Source of the DNA: an uncultured beta proteobacterium
GTDB lineage: Bacteria > Pseudomonadota > Gammaproteobacteria > Burkholderiales > Casimicrobiaceae
Direction of reading: 5' to 3'
Assembly (NCBI GenBank): GCA_963732105.1
Contig: CAVSYL010000010.1
Location: 471,290 to 535,289, forward strand
DNA: 64,000 nucleotides
Made by a program: the position numbers and the translations under genes. Positions 54,429 to 64,000 of this stretch are shown here, in pieces (position 1 is the stretch's first letter; every line of letters begins with the position of its first letter). Under the pieces are notes generated by a model, which was not told the DNA's origin, made no database searches, and saw only the letters and a program-made list of their open reading frames with translations.

Positions 54429-56404
54429 TCATTGTTCGATCCCTTGCGGCGTCCGACATGCGTAACGCTTGACCCGCGCCAAGCGCAAGCAGGCTGTCGG
54501 CGCGCACCAGATGCTTGTCGCGCACGCGCCGGGTGAAGCCCACGCGGTCGAAAAACTCCAGGATCTGGATGGCGCGCTTGCGCCCCAGGCCCGTTCGATC
54601 GCGAAAGGCGGCCGCGCGTACCTCGCCGTCGGACGCCTGCAGCTCGTTGGCGATCTCGGCGATTTCGCGTATTGCGGCGGGGTGGTAGAAAAGGTCGTGC
54701 ACGACCTGGAACATTTCGCCACGTTTGGACGCGCGAATCAGCGCGCTACGCACGAGCGCTTCCGGTTGCGCAGCATCCTTCGCGAGATCGCGCACCCAGG
54801 GCGGGTCGAAGCGCGCATCGAGCAATTGCGGAACAATGCGTTCGACGAGTGCGCGCTCCTGGGCGGAGGGCGCCGTGTTGTGTTCCGGCAGATGCAGCCA
54901 TGGCCCACCTTGCCGCAATCTGCCCGTCGCGAGCAGGTCCGCGACCAGCGCGCGGAACAGCGTGCCGTCCAGCCGTGGAAACGCCATGCGCTTCAGGCGA
55001 GCAATGTCGGGGCCCAGTTCGTCGGGGTGATCGCGATGAAAAGCGCCAAGGGATTCCTCGACCTGCGTCTGCAAGGCGAGCCATTGCTCTTCGCCGACGA
55101 CAAAGTCGGCACCATCGCGAGTCACCGGTCGCGCACGCACCGATTGGAGAAGGCGTGCGGGGTTACGCACGTTGCCGCCCCGCGCAAAGAGCGTCAGGTC
55201 CACGCCGCGCGGCGAGTGCGCGACGAGCGCGGCGAGGCGCGCCGACGGCGTCGTGGCCTCGAGTGCCGCGAGATACGCCAAGCGCTCCGCGGTCCGACGG
55301 TAGCGTGACGGCGCATACGGATCGAGCACCTGTCCACCGCCGATCGTCCGCGAGGCCGAAGCATCGCGCACGATGAAGCGGTCGCCGTGCCAGGCGGCGA
55401 TCGGTCGCTGCAACACCAGCTGCACCAGACGACTCTTTCCGGGATCGATTCCGTCGACTGCGTTCGCTCGTGGGTGGCGCTGCATCCAGCACGACAAACC
55501 CGCCATGAACGTGCGCGGCGCCCAAGTGGACATGCACCGGCGCGCCTGATCGCAGCGATGCCGCTTCGTCGGCGACGAGTGTGAGCCGGGCGTCGACGCG
55601 CGACGTCGCGAGCGCAATGGAAGGTGCAACGATCCAATCGCCGCGCACGATTTCGTCGCGCGCGATACCGGCGAGGTTGAGCGCGCAGCGCTGCCCGACT
55701 GATCCGCGCTCGCTGGTGCGATTCTGCGCATGGATGCCCCGCAGGCGCACCTCGCGTCCGGCCGGCGCGACGACCACGTTCGCGCCGACCTCGACTTCAC
55801 CCGAATGTACGGTTCCGGTGACGACGGTACCCACACCCGGCAAGGTGAACGAGCGGTCGACCGCGAGCCGGAAGTGCCTGTCGTCGTCGGCGCCGATGCG
55901 GTGCTCTTGCGCACGTTGGTCCAGAAAACTTCGCAAAGCGTCGATGCCCGCCCCGCTGCGCCCGGAAACCGCGAAGATCGGCGCGTCGGCGAGCGGTGAG
56001 TTCGCCACCAGCGTTCGCAACTCGTGCTCGACGTCGGCAACGCGAGTCGCCTCGACCGCGTCGATCTTGGTCAATGCGATGGCGCCCGCGTCGATGCCGA
56101 GGAGATTGAGAATGTTGAGGTGTTCGCGCGTCTGCGGCATGACGCCGTCGTCGGCCGCGACCACCAGCAATGCAAAATCGATCCCGGTGGCGCCCGCCAG
56201 CATCGTATGCACGAATTTCTCGTGCCCCGGAACGTCGACGAATCCGAGCACTTCACCGTTGGCAAGCGGTGCGTAGGCATATCCGAGCTCGATCGAGATG
56301 CCGCGCGCCTTTTCTTCGGGCAGGCGATCGGTATCGACACCGGTCAGCGCGCGTACCAGCGTCGTCTTGCCGTGATCGATGTGGCCGGCGGTGCCGACGA
56401 TCAT
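54429..56404 (-). pseudogene. selB: selenocysteine-specific elongation factor SelB, frame broken near 55472-55474; 3' end unresolved
   Basis: ORF 55163..56404 holds the GTPase ('GTAGHIDHGKTTL', 'DVPGHEKF'). The winged-helix C-terminal part ('LVQLVLQRPIAAWHGDRFIVRD...ILEFFDRVGFTRRV') is in the next frame, within ORF 53872..56040. That frame has no stop before running through selC, so the listed end (stop at 54429 in the next frame) is a guess. Confidence 0.8.
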
Positions 56405-57851
56405 GGCGTCGTCGGTCGCAAACGCAACAGGCGCAATTGGGCGACGAATGCGGTTTCGTCGGTCAGCGTGCGCAAGTCGAGCATCAACGCATCGTCCGCG
56501 ACGCGACCGATGACGGGCACCGGCAGTGCGCGCAGCGCCGCGGCCAGCGCATTGAGTTGTCGTCCCCGGCCCTTGCCGTCACGACAGCGAATGCAAAGCC
56601 CGGAACTTGGCAGCATCTCCACCGGCAGCGACCCACTGCCGATCTGGCTTTGCACCGGATCGCTGCGTGACTTCGAACGCTTCGGCCAGCGCTTGCGCCA
56701 ACGCGGGCGCGACGCGCTTGGCGAGCGCATCGATTTCCGCGAGAGATCGCGTCAGCAGCCGAAGCGTCGGCAGTCGGCGCGCCAATTGCTCAGGGTGGCG
56801 ATAGAGCGCGAGCGTTGCCTCCAGCGCCGCCAGCGTCAGCTTGGATACGCGCAATGCGCGCTTCAGCGGATGCTTCTTGATCTTGCGGATCCACTCGGCC
56901 TTGCCGACGATGAGCCCCGCCTGCGGACCGCCCAGCAATTTGTCGCCGCTGAACGTGACGACGTCGGCGCCCGCTTGCAGTGAATCGCGCGGCGTGGGCT
57001 CCCGCGGCAAGCCGAACTGCGACAGATCCACGAGGCTGCCGCTGCCGAGATCGACGGCGAACGGGATCGCCCGATCGTGCGCGATGCCAGCAAGCTCCGC
57101 TTCGCCGACCGCCGCAGTGAAGCCGGTGATGACATAGTTGCTGGCATGAACTTTCATGATCAGCGCCGTCTTGGCTCCGATCGCACCGACGTAATCGCGC
57201 GAATGCGTGCGGTTGGTCGTCCCGACTTCAATCATGCGCGCGCCGGCGCTTTTCATGACGTCGGGCATTCGAAATGCGCCGCCGATCTCGACCAATTCCC
57301 CGCGCGACACGATCACCTCGCGCCGGGCGGCCAGTGCGGCGACGGTGAGCAAGACCGCGGCGGCATTGTTGTTGACGACGGTGGCCGCTTCCGCGCCGGT
57401 CAGTTCGCAGACGAGCTGTTCGATCAGCCCATCGCGGTCGCCACGGTCACCTGTGGCAAGATCGAACTCGAGGTTGACGGGAGAGCGCATCGCGCGTGCG
57501 ACGGCCGTAATCGCCTCGTCGGCCAATAGCGCGCGACCGAGGTTGGTGTGCAGCACCGTGCCGGTGAGATTGAATACTGGCTTTGATCGACGATGCAAGC
57601 CGGGCCTCGAGTCGCGCCGACAGCTCACGGACGATCGCGGCTTCGTCCGATGCAGCCGTCTTGCCGCCTAGGGTCGCCGCCTCGCGCCACGCCGACAGCA
57701 GCGCGCGAAATTCGTGCGTGACGAAAGTCCGGCCGTGCTGCTCGATCAGCGCGACGACACCCGGATATTTCAGCGCCCGGTCGACCGAAGGCAGTTGCGC
57801 CAACGATGCCTTCGGGCCACGGACCGTGGACGCGACAGGCTCGGCGCTCAT
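56401..57851 (-). pseudogene. selA: L-seryl-tRNA(Sec) selenium transferase SelA, two frame breaks (~57579-57586 and ~56655-56668)
   Basis: Three ORF pieces in successive frames: 57447..57851 (N-terminus), 56579..57628 ('[17 protein letters not shown]...[13 protein letters not shown]') and 56401..56730 ('[18 protein letters not shown]...[16 protein letters not shown]'). The start overlaps the fdhE stop and the stop overlaps the selB start. Confidence 0.85.
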
Positions 57852-58790
57852 TCCGGCCCCGGATCGCCGTGGATCAGCATGAAATTGACGCCGCTGGGCT
57901 GCTTGCCGGTCGCGACCACGAGCAGATCGAGCGCCAATGACGCGACGTCATCGGCAACCGGTTCGACGTGCGGATCGCGCTCCATGTAGCAGATCTTGAG
58001 GTACGTGCCGCATTCTTCGCAGACTTCGGCTTTGACCGCTTTCTTTTCGGGGGGCGTGCCATCGTCGATGGCAAGATAGCTGATGCCCTTGGTGCTCTCG
58101 CAATTCGTGCACTTGATGCGCACCATGTGCCATTGCGTGCTGCACAGCGCGCAGTGCAGGAAGCGATAGCCGCCCTCCGCGCCGCCGATGCGCGTAACGC
58201 TCGCGGTAGGCCGGCTGCCGCAGCACGGGCAGATCGTGGCAACGTCGATCGAGCGGATTGCTTTTTCCCCAAGCGCCAGCGCCAGATGCGTGAAGTAGAC
58301 CTGCAGCCCTGCGCCAATGAGCGGGGCGGTCGCCACGTCGAGTCCGAATGTTATCCCCGCCAGCAGCTTGCTCGCTTGGGCTTCGTAGAGTTCGTCACGG
58401 CTACGCTCCAGCGTCGTGGCGACCTCGCTTTGCCGGCCGGAAGTACGCTCCGCAAGCGCGCGCAGCAGATGCCGCAGCCCGTTGCACCACTGCTGATCGC
58501 GCGCGTGCGTCTGGAAATTGAGCGGCGGCATCCCGTGTTCATTGCATCGCGTCAATCGCCGCCGGTGACGGCAAGCGCAACGGTGGCATGTGCAGCAGCA
58601 GCGACTGCTGCTCATCGGCAATGGCGGCAATGAATTCGAGGTAGCCCGTCATCGCGTGTCCCGGAGCGAGGGCACGCAGGCGCGTTGCACGGTCCGCAAA
58701 CACTGTCGATCGCTCCGGCAAGTGCAGGAACGGTATCGTCGATCCGGCCTGCGCGGCAATCTCTTCCGGCGTCAGCAACTTCTGTTGCAT
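57848..58790 (-). pseudogene. fdhE: formate dehydrogenase accessory protein FdhE, frame broken near 58545-58555
   Basis: The N-terminal piece 'MQQKLLTPEEIAA...LPSPAAID' ends at an early stop. The next frame continues 'RCNEHGMPPLNFQ...' with the CxxC pairs 'CPCCGS', 'CALCST', 'CTNCES' and 'CEECGT'. Confidence 0.85.
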
Positions 58791-58867
58791 CTTGGTCTCG
58801 TGCGGCACGCGCAACAATGAATGAATACCAGGCGAGTCGCCCCGCCCCGGTGGCAACGCCGGATGAA

Positions 58868-59508
58868 CTAGCTGTGCCTCAACTTCTCTCGCAACCACGC
58901 CGCGTGATGCTTTGCGGCCCATCGTACAGTGACCATGCCTCGAACCATGGCGCCGCACGATCCTTTAACCCAAATTGCGGCATAGATATGAACGATGATG
59001 GTGATGATCAACACTGTGGCGGCAGCGGAATGCAGCAGCGTCGCGAGCCGCACCAGCCAGATCGGAAACGCGCCGGCAAACCAGGGGCGCCAGAACAGGA
59101 AGCCGGTCACGAACAGCACGATCATGCAAACCACGAGCGTCCAGAACAGCAGTTTCTGGCCGGCGTTATATTTGCCGACCTCGGGCAGGCGTTCTTCGCG
59201 ATTCTCGACGACGTCACGCCACTGCCTCAGCCACTGCCAATCATTGGCCAGCAACGCGTTGCTGGCCCAGAAACGAACTGCCAGCAGCGCGAAGGCGACA
59301 GCCATCAGAACGCCGATGAATGGGTGCAGGATGCGCGTCCAGGGTCCGCCGCCGAACAGGTTAGATCAGCCAAAACAGAGCGGGGTGGAACATCGCCAGG
59401 CCGGAAAGCGCGGCCAGCACAAACAGAATCGCGACGGTCCAATGGTTGATGCGCTCGCCGCGTTGAATAACGCACGATTTCGCTGCGCGGATCGATGGGT
59501 CTCGCCAT
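58868..59508 (-). pseudogene. fdoI: formate dehydrogenase cytochrome b556 (gamma) subunit, two frame breaks (~59454-59463 and ~59361-59370)
   Basis: AGGAGG SD plus ATG at 59508 gives '[16 protein letters not shown]'. The next frame gives '[31 protein letters not shown]'. The next gives 'SNLFGGGPWTRILHPFIGVLMAVAF...IVHIYAAIWVKG'. By eye this is collinear with E. coli FdoI. Confidence 0.85.
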
Positions 59509-59517
59509 GGCGGCCTC

Positions 59518-60457
59518 CTATTGCAGCGGTGAAGTCGGCGGGCGCCGCGGTGGAATGCGACCCGCGTCGTCCGGAGGCGGGTTGTCCGAGGGCGCGGCAT
59601 CGCCATCCGCGTCGTTCGGCCCGACCTTGATATAGTGGAAGAACCCGGCCAGCGCGGTGACGCCCATCGCCAGCAGCGCTAATGGCTTCAATGCGCCCTT
59701 CCACAGGCTGACCATCGCGCTGATATGCGGGTCGGCGGGCAGGCCGTGATAGATCTCGGGCTTGTCGGCGTGTTTCAACACGTACATGACGTGCGTGCCA
59801 CCGACACCCTGCGGGTCGTACAGGCCGGCGGTCGAATAACCGCGATCCTTCAGATCCACCACGCGCTCGGCCGCGTGTTCGATCATGTCTTCCTTGCTGC
59901 CGAAGGTGATCGCGCCAGTCGGGCAGGTCTTGACGCACGCCGGCTCGAGACCGACACCGACCCGATCGGAACACAGCGTGCATTTGTACGCTTTGTTGTC
60001 CTCCTTCGAGATTCGGGGGATGTTGAACGGGCAGCCGGTGATGCACGAGCCACACCCAATGCAATGCTCTTCGATGAAGTCGACAATGCCGTTCGAGTAC
60101 TGCACGATTGCGCCGGGCGAGGGGCACGCCTTGAGACACCCCGGCTCGGCGCAATGCATGCATCCGTCTTTGCGGATCAGCCACTCCAGCCGGCCATTCT
60201 CCTCCTCGTACTCGGTGAAACGCATGACCGTCCACGACTCGGCCGCTGAGATCCGCCGGATTGTCGTAAACGCCCACGTTGTGCCCGACGACGTCGCGCA
60301 GATCGTTCCATTCGCTGCATGCGACCTGGCAGGCCTTGCAGCCGATGCATTTGGAGACGTCGATCAGCTTGGCGACGTCGATCGACGTACGTACCGACGG
60401 CGATGGCGAAGTCGTGGCGGAGCGTTGCTTGATGTCGAGCGATTGCAGTGATGACAT
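59518..60457 (-). pseudogene. fdoH: formate dehydrogenase iron-sulfur (beta) subunit, frame broken near 60241-60247
   Basis: N-terminal '[16 protein letters not shown]...[18 protein letters not shown]...DNPADLS', then a frame change to '[30 protein letters not shown]...' with the remaining 4Fe-4S Cys clusters and a C-terminal TM anchor. Confidence 0.88.
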
Positions 60458-60467
60458 GGCGGCCCCG

Positions 60468-63400
60468 CTACGCTTTGTCGATGGTCACGATGAACGCCTT
60501 GTACTCCGGCGTCTGCGTGTTCGCGTCGCCCACGAACGGCGTAAGCGTGTTTGCGAGATAGCCCATTCTCGCCACACCGGTGAAGCCCCAGTGATTCGGA
60601 ATGCCGACCGTATGCACTTTCGTGCCGTTGCAATCGAGCACCTTGATGCGCTTGGTCACGCAGGCGACGGTCTGGATCTCGCCGCGATTGGATCGTACCT
60701 TGACCATATCGCCGTTCTTGATGCCCTTCTCCTTCGCTAGTTCTTCTCCGATCTCGACGAACTGCTGCGGCTGCGTGATCGCGTTCAGATCGGAATGCTT
60801 GGTCCAGTAGTGGAAATGCTCGGTCAGACGATAAGACGTTGCCGCATACGGGAAGTCCTTCGGCTTGCCGAATGCCTCCAGGTCGCCCTTGAAAACGCGT
60901 GCCGCCGGATTGGAAAATGATTTCGGATTGTTGGGTGACAACAGATTTACGGCAACCGGCGACTCGAACGGCTCGTAATGTTCCGGCAGCGGACCATCGG
61001 CGAGTCCGCTCGGGCAGAACAGCTTGGCCACGCCCTCTTGCGTCATGATGAATGGCCCGACATTTTCGTCGGGCGCAGCGTCCACGCGAATATCCGGGAC
61101 ATCGGAGCCGCCCCACGCTTTGCCGTTCCAGAATATCGAGCTTGCGCTTGGCGTTCCACGGCTTGCCCGACGGGTCGCACGACGCGCGGTTGTAAAGGAT
61201 GCGCCGATTGGCGGGCCACGCCCAGGCCCACCCGAGCGTCTGCCCGATGCCCCACGGATCGCTGTTGTCGCGCCGCGCCATCTGGTTGCCCGCCTGCGTC
61301 CATGCGCCGGAGTAGATCCAGCAGCCGCAGGAAGTGGAGCCGTCATCGCGCAGCAATGCGAATCCGGCGAGCTGCTGACCGGCAGGCACCAGGACCTTGG
61401 TGGCGTCCTTGGGATCGGTCAGGTCGGTGAGCGCCTTGCCGCTGTACTCCATCGCCAACTCATCGGCGGACGGGCATCGCCGGATTCCTGTACGCCCACG
61501 TGAGGTTGAGTACCGGATCCGGATAGGCGCCGCCGTCCTTCGCGTACATCGCGCGAATCCGCAGTGAAAATGCCGGCGATGATTTCCGGATCGCCCTTGG
61601 CTTCGCCCGGCGGTTCCGCGCCCTTCCAGTGCCACTGCAGCCAGCGGCCGGAATTGGTCAGCGAACCATCTTCCTCGGCAAAACAGGTCGATGGCAGCCG
61701 GAACACTTCGGTCTGGATCTTCGTCGGGTCGACATCGTTATACGGCCCGAAATTCTTCCAGAACTCCGACGTCTCGGTCGCCAGCGGATCGATGACGACC
61801 AGGAACTTGAGCCTTGCCAAGTCCCGCGCCGATCTTCGCCTTGTTCGGAAACGACGCAACCGGATTGAAACCCTGGCAGATGTAGCCGTTGATCTTGCCC
61901 TGACCCATCAGCTCGAACGCCTGCAGCACGTCGTAGCCCTTGTCGAGCTTCGGCAGGTAGTCGAACGCCCAGTTGTTCTCCTTGGTCGCGGCATTGCCGT
62001 ACCACGCCTTCATCAGGCTGACGTGGAACTTCGGATAGTTTTGCCAGTAACTCATCTGGTTCGGCCGCAACGGCTTCTGCGTACGCACCTTGATGTAGTC
62101 TTCGTAGCTCTGCTCGCGATCGAGCGGCAGCGTGAGGTAGCCAGGAAGGCTGTTGTACAGCAGCCCGAGGTCCGTCAGGCCCTGGATGTTGCTGTGACCG
62201 CGCAGCGCATTCATGCCGCCGCCGGGAAGGCCGATGTTCCCGAGCAGCAATTGCATCATCGCGCCGGTGCGGATCATCTGCGTCCCTTGCGAATGCTGCG
62301 TCCAGCCCAGCGCGTACATGATGGTCATGACGCGATCCGGCGCTGCGGACGTCGCGATCATCTCGCACACCTTGAGGAAGGCATCCTTCGGCGTGCCGCA
62401 GACCTTGGTCACGATCTCGGGCGTGTAGCGCGAGTAATGCTTCTTCATGATCTGGAAGACGCAGTTCGGGTCCTGCATGGTCTCGTCGACCAGCGCGAAA
62501 CCTTCCTTGTCCTTCTGATAGCCCCAAGTCGACGGATCGTAGCTGCGTTTGTCCGCGTTATACCCGGAGAACAGCCCGTCGGCGAATGCGTAGGTGTCCG
62601 TCACTAGAAACGACGCGTTCGTGTAGGCCTTGACGTACTCCTTCTGGATCTTGTCGTTGGTGAGCAGATAGTTGATGACGCCGCCGAGGAACGCGATGTC
62701 CGTTCCTACGCGAATGGGCGCATAGAAGTCGGCCATCGCAGCCGATCGCGTAAAGCGCGGGTCGACGACGATCAGCCTGGCCTTGTTGTGCGCCTTGGCT
62801 TCGGTGACCCATTTGAATCCGCACGGGTGCGCCTCCGCGGCGTTGCCACCCATAATCAGAACCGTGTCGGCATTCTTGATGTCCACCCAGTGGTTGGTCA
62901 TCGCACCGCGGCCAAACGTCGGGGCCAGACTGGCCACCGTGGGGCCGTGTCAGACACGTGCCTGATTATCGAATACGAGCATTCCCAGGCTGCGGACAGC
63001 CTTGTGCGTGATGTAACCGGATTCGTTCGACGATGCCGAGGCGGCCAGCATGCCGGTGGACAGCCAGCGGTTGACCGTCTTGCCGTCGGCGGTCTGAGCG
63101 ACGAAGTTGGCGTCGCGATCGGCCTTCATCAGCTTCGCGATCCTGTCGAATGCGTCGTCCCACGACATGCGCTTCCATTCGTTCGATCCGGGAGCGCGAT
63201 ATTGCGGATACTTGAGCCTGTTGGGACTGTGCACGAAATCGATCAGACCCGCGCCCTTGGGGCACAGCGTGCCGCGATTCACCGGGTGATCGGGGTCGCC
63301 TTCGATGTGGATGATTTCCGACATCGCGTTCTTGGCCCTGTCGCCCAGGCTGTACATGATGATGCCGCAACCGACCGAGCAGTACGGACACGTATTGCGC

Positions 63401-63537
63401 GTCTCGGTCGTGCGCGCCAACTTGAAGTTGCGCGCCTCGGCGAGCACAGGCCCGGGGGAGAAGCCTAGCAGCGCGAGACTCGACCCCCCGAGCCCGGCCG
63501 CGCAGGCCTTGAAAAACTGCCGACGGTTCATATCCAT
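60468..63537 (-). pseudogene. fdoG: formate dehydrogenase-N/O-type catalytic (alpha) subunit with Tat signal and in-frame TGA (Sec), plus four frame breaks
   Basis: 'MDMNRRQFFKACAAGLGG' Tat signal and 'CPYCSVGCG'. 'FDNQARV-TGA-HGPTVASLAPTFGRGAMTNHW' is in frame across 62950-62952. The downstream pieces lie in successive frames with joins near 61809-61815, 61563-61570, 61472-61474 and 61128-61137. It ends '...[14 protein letters not shown]'. Confidence 0.9.
62920..62952 (-). promoter_or_regulatory. Sec-UGA codon plus SECIS-like hairpin in fdoG mRNA
   Basis: The UGA is at 62952-62950. Ten nt downstream lies CGG-U-GGCC-AGUCU-GGCC-CCG: a 7-bp stem with a single bulged U and a G/U-containing apical loop (62939-62920). 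This resembles the E. coli fdhF/fdnG SECIS layout. Confidence 0.6.
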
Positions 63538-63904
63538 GGCAACCCTCCAAAATTGACACTGCGCAAGTCGTATGTGGCCCGCCGACAAGTGACTTGCTTG
63601 CACGCGCACTCCGCGAACGAAGTGCACTGATCATATCGGCCGATTTCGCGTTCTCGCGATGAATATAGGTCGATTACTACTATTTGGCAATCGAAGAAAT
63701 CCTTGGCGATGTTGACAGCGATTGTTGGGCGGCTCGGGCGGGCGTTTGCACACAGGTGTTGCAGTGCGCAAATGAGCGCTGGGCGAAGCACCGTCCAGGT
63801 GCGATACCCGCCCGCCTGTTGGTCCCGAATTGATTTAAATTCGAGTTGTCGGCGATTCAAGCGAAATCCAGAATTATGAGCAAGCCAGATTGCGTGGAAT
63901 TCAG

Positions 63905-64000
63905 ATGACATTCCTTGAGCGCGTCAGGCGCGCGCTTGCGCGCCTGCTCGGCCGCGCGCCGCCGGAGCCGGGACGCTTCGTTGCCGGAAGCAAGTTTTCA
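63905..64000 (+). CDS. start of an unidentified ORF running out of the window
   Basis: ATG at 63905 follows a lower-GC spacer. The 32 codons 'MTFLERVRRALARLLGRAPPEPGRFVAGSKFS' have GC-rich third positions. It is too short to assign. Confidence 0.3.
   Translation, partial: MTFLERVRRALARLLGRAPPEPGRFVAGSKFS

Noticed and set aside
54212-54430. Genomic island or integrative element at tRNA-Sec (a frequent integration hotspot)
   Set aside because: No integrase, no direct repeat of the tRNA 3' end and no compositional shift appear on either flank. The neighbours are selB and an ordinary chromosomal gene.
53872-56040. 722-aa ORF as a single gene
   Set aside because: Only its central portion matches the SelB C-terminal domains. 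The start is an out-of-frame overlap with the SelB GTPase. The tail reads through tRNA-Sec and out of frame into the transglutaminase-like gene.
53107-63537. Programmed ribosomal frameshifting or other recoding as the cause of the many frame changes
   Set aside because: There are too many sites (up to four in one gene), and I saw no shared slippery heptamer or stimulatory structure at the joins. These gene families are not known to use frameshifting. Only the fdoG TGA is a recognised recoding event.
63830-63843. FNR/CRP-like site TTGAT-TTAA-ATTCG upstream of fdoG
   Set aside because: Only one half-site matches TTGAT-N4-ATCAA; the second half matches 2 of 5 positions. It lies about 300 bp from the start codon. 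The evidence is too weak to call.
63528-63911. 127-aa ORF on the minus strand upstream of fdoG
   Set aside because: It lies in the lower-GC fdoG leader and promoter spacer, overlaps the fdoG start, and has no recognisable motifs or typical high-GC codon bias.

Overview
High-GC (~65%) chromosomal core region of a proteobacterium. Gene orders such as dusB-fis-purH, aceE-aceF-lpd with a lipoyl-domain E3, nadD-rsfS-rlmH-maf-rng and pepP-ubiH next to a 5-formyl-THF cyclo-ligase suggest Beta-/Gammaproteobacteria (inference only).

Gene content, left to right:
- cytochrome c4 and a MOSC protein
- an rmlBACD dTDP-rhamnose operon with an epimerase and a GT2
- LPS core genes waaC and waaA
- a tolC-pcm-RND-MFP efflux cluster
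- a LivKHMGF-type amino-acid ABC transporter
- acyP, nudF, hemF, purD, pagP, purH, fis, dusB, ubiH-family, pepP
- the pyruvate dehydrogenase operon, rpiA, proA
- a CDF transporter, an acyl-CoA dehydrogenase, MFS transporters, a DUF924 protein, an uncharacterised membrane-anchored protein, a Na+/H+ antiporter
- nadD-rsfS-rlmH-maf-rng
- a GcvH-like/DsrE-like gene pair and a Tat-signal transglutaminase-like protein
- a complete selenocysteine module on the minus strand: fdoG (in-frame TGA plus SECIS-like hairpin), fdoH, fdoI, fdhE, selA, selB and tRNA-Sec

I found no rRNA, CRISPR array, transposase, integrase or phage genes.

The most notable signal is 18-19 reading-frame breaks in otherwise well-conserved genes. 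Of these, 13-14 fall in the last ~10.4 kb (transglutaminase-like gene plus the whole Sec/formate dehydrogenase module). Nearly all are net +1 insertions. The sequence alone cannot distinguish real coordinated gene decay from a local assembly or consensus artefact.

Secondary observations:
- a ~110-bp tandem repeat between livH and livM
- an orphan GcvH-like/DsrE-like pair
- three near-identical lipoyl domains across aceF and lpd
- a palindrome in front of aceE
- an uncharacterised membrane-anchored repeat protein coupled to the antiporter
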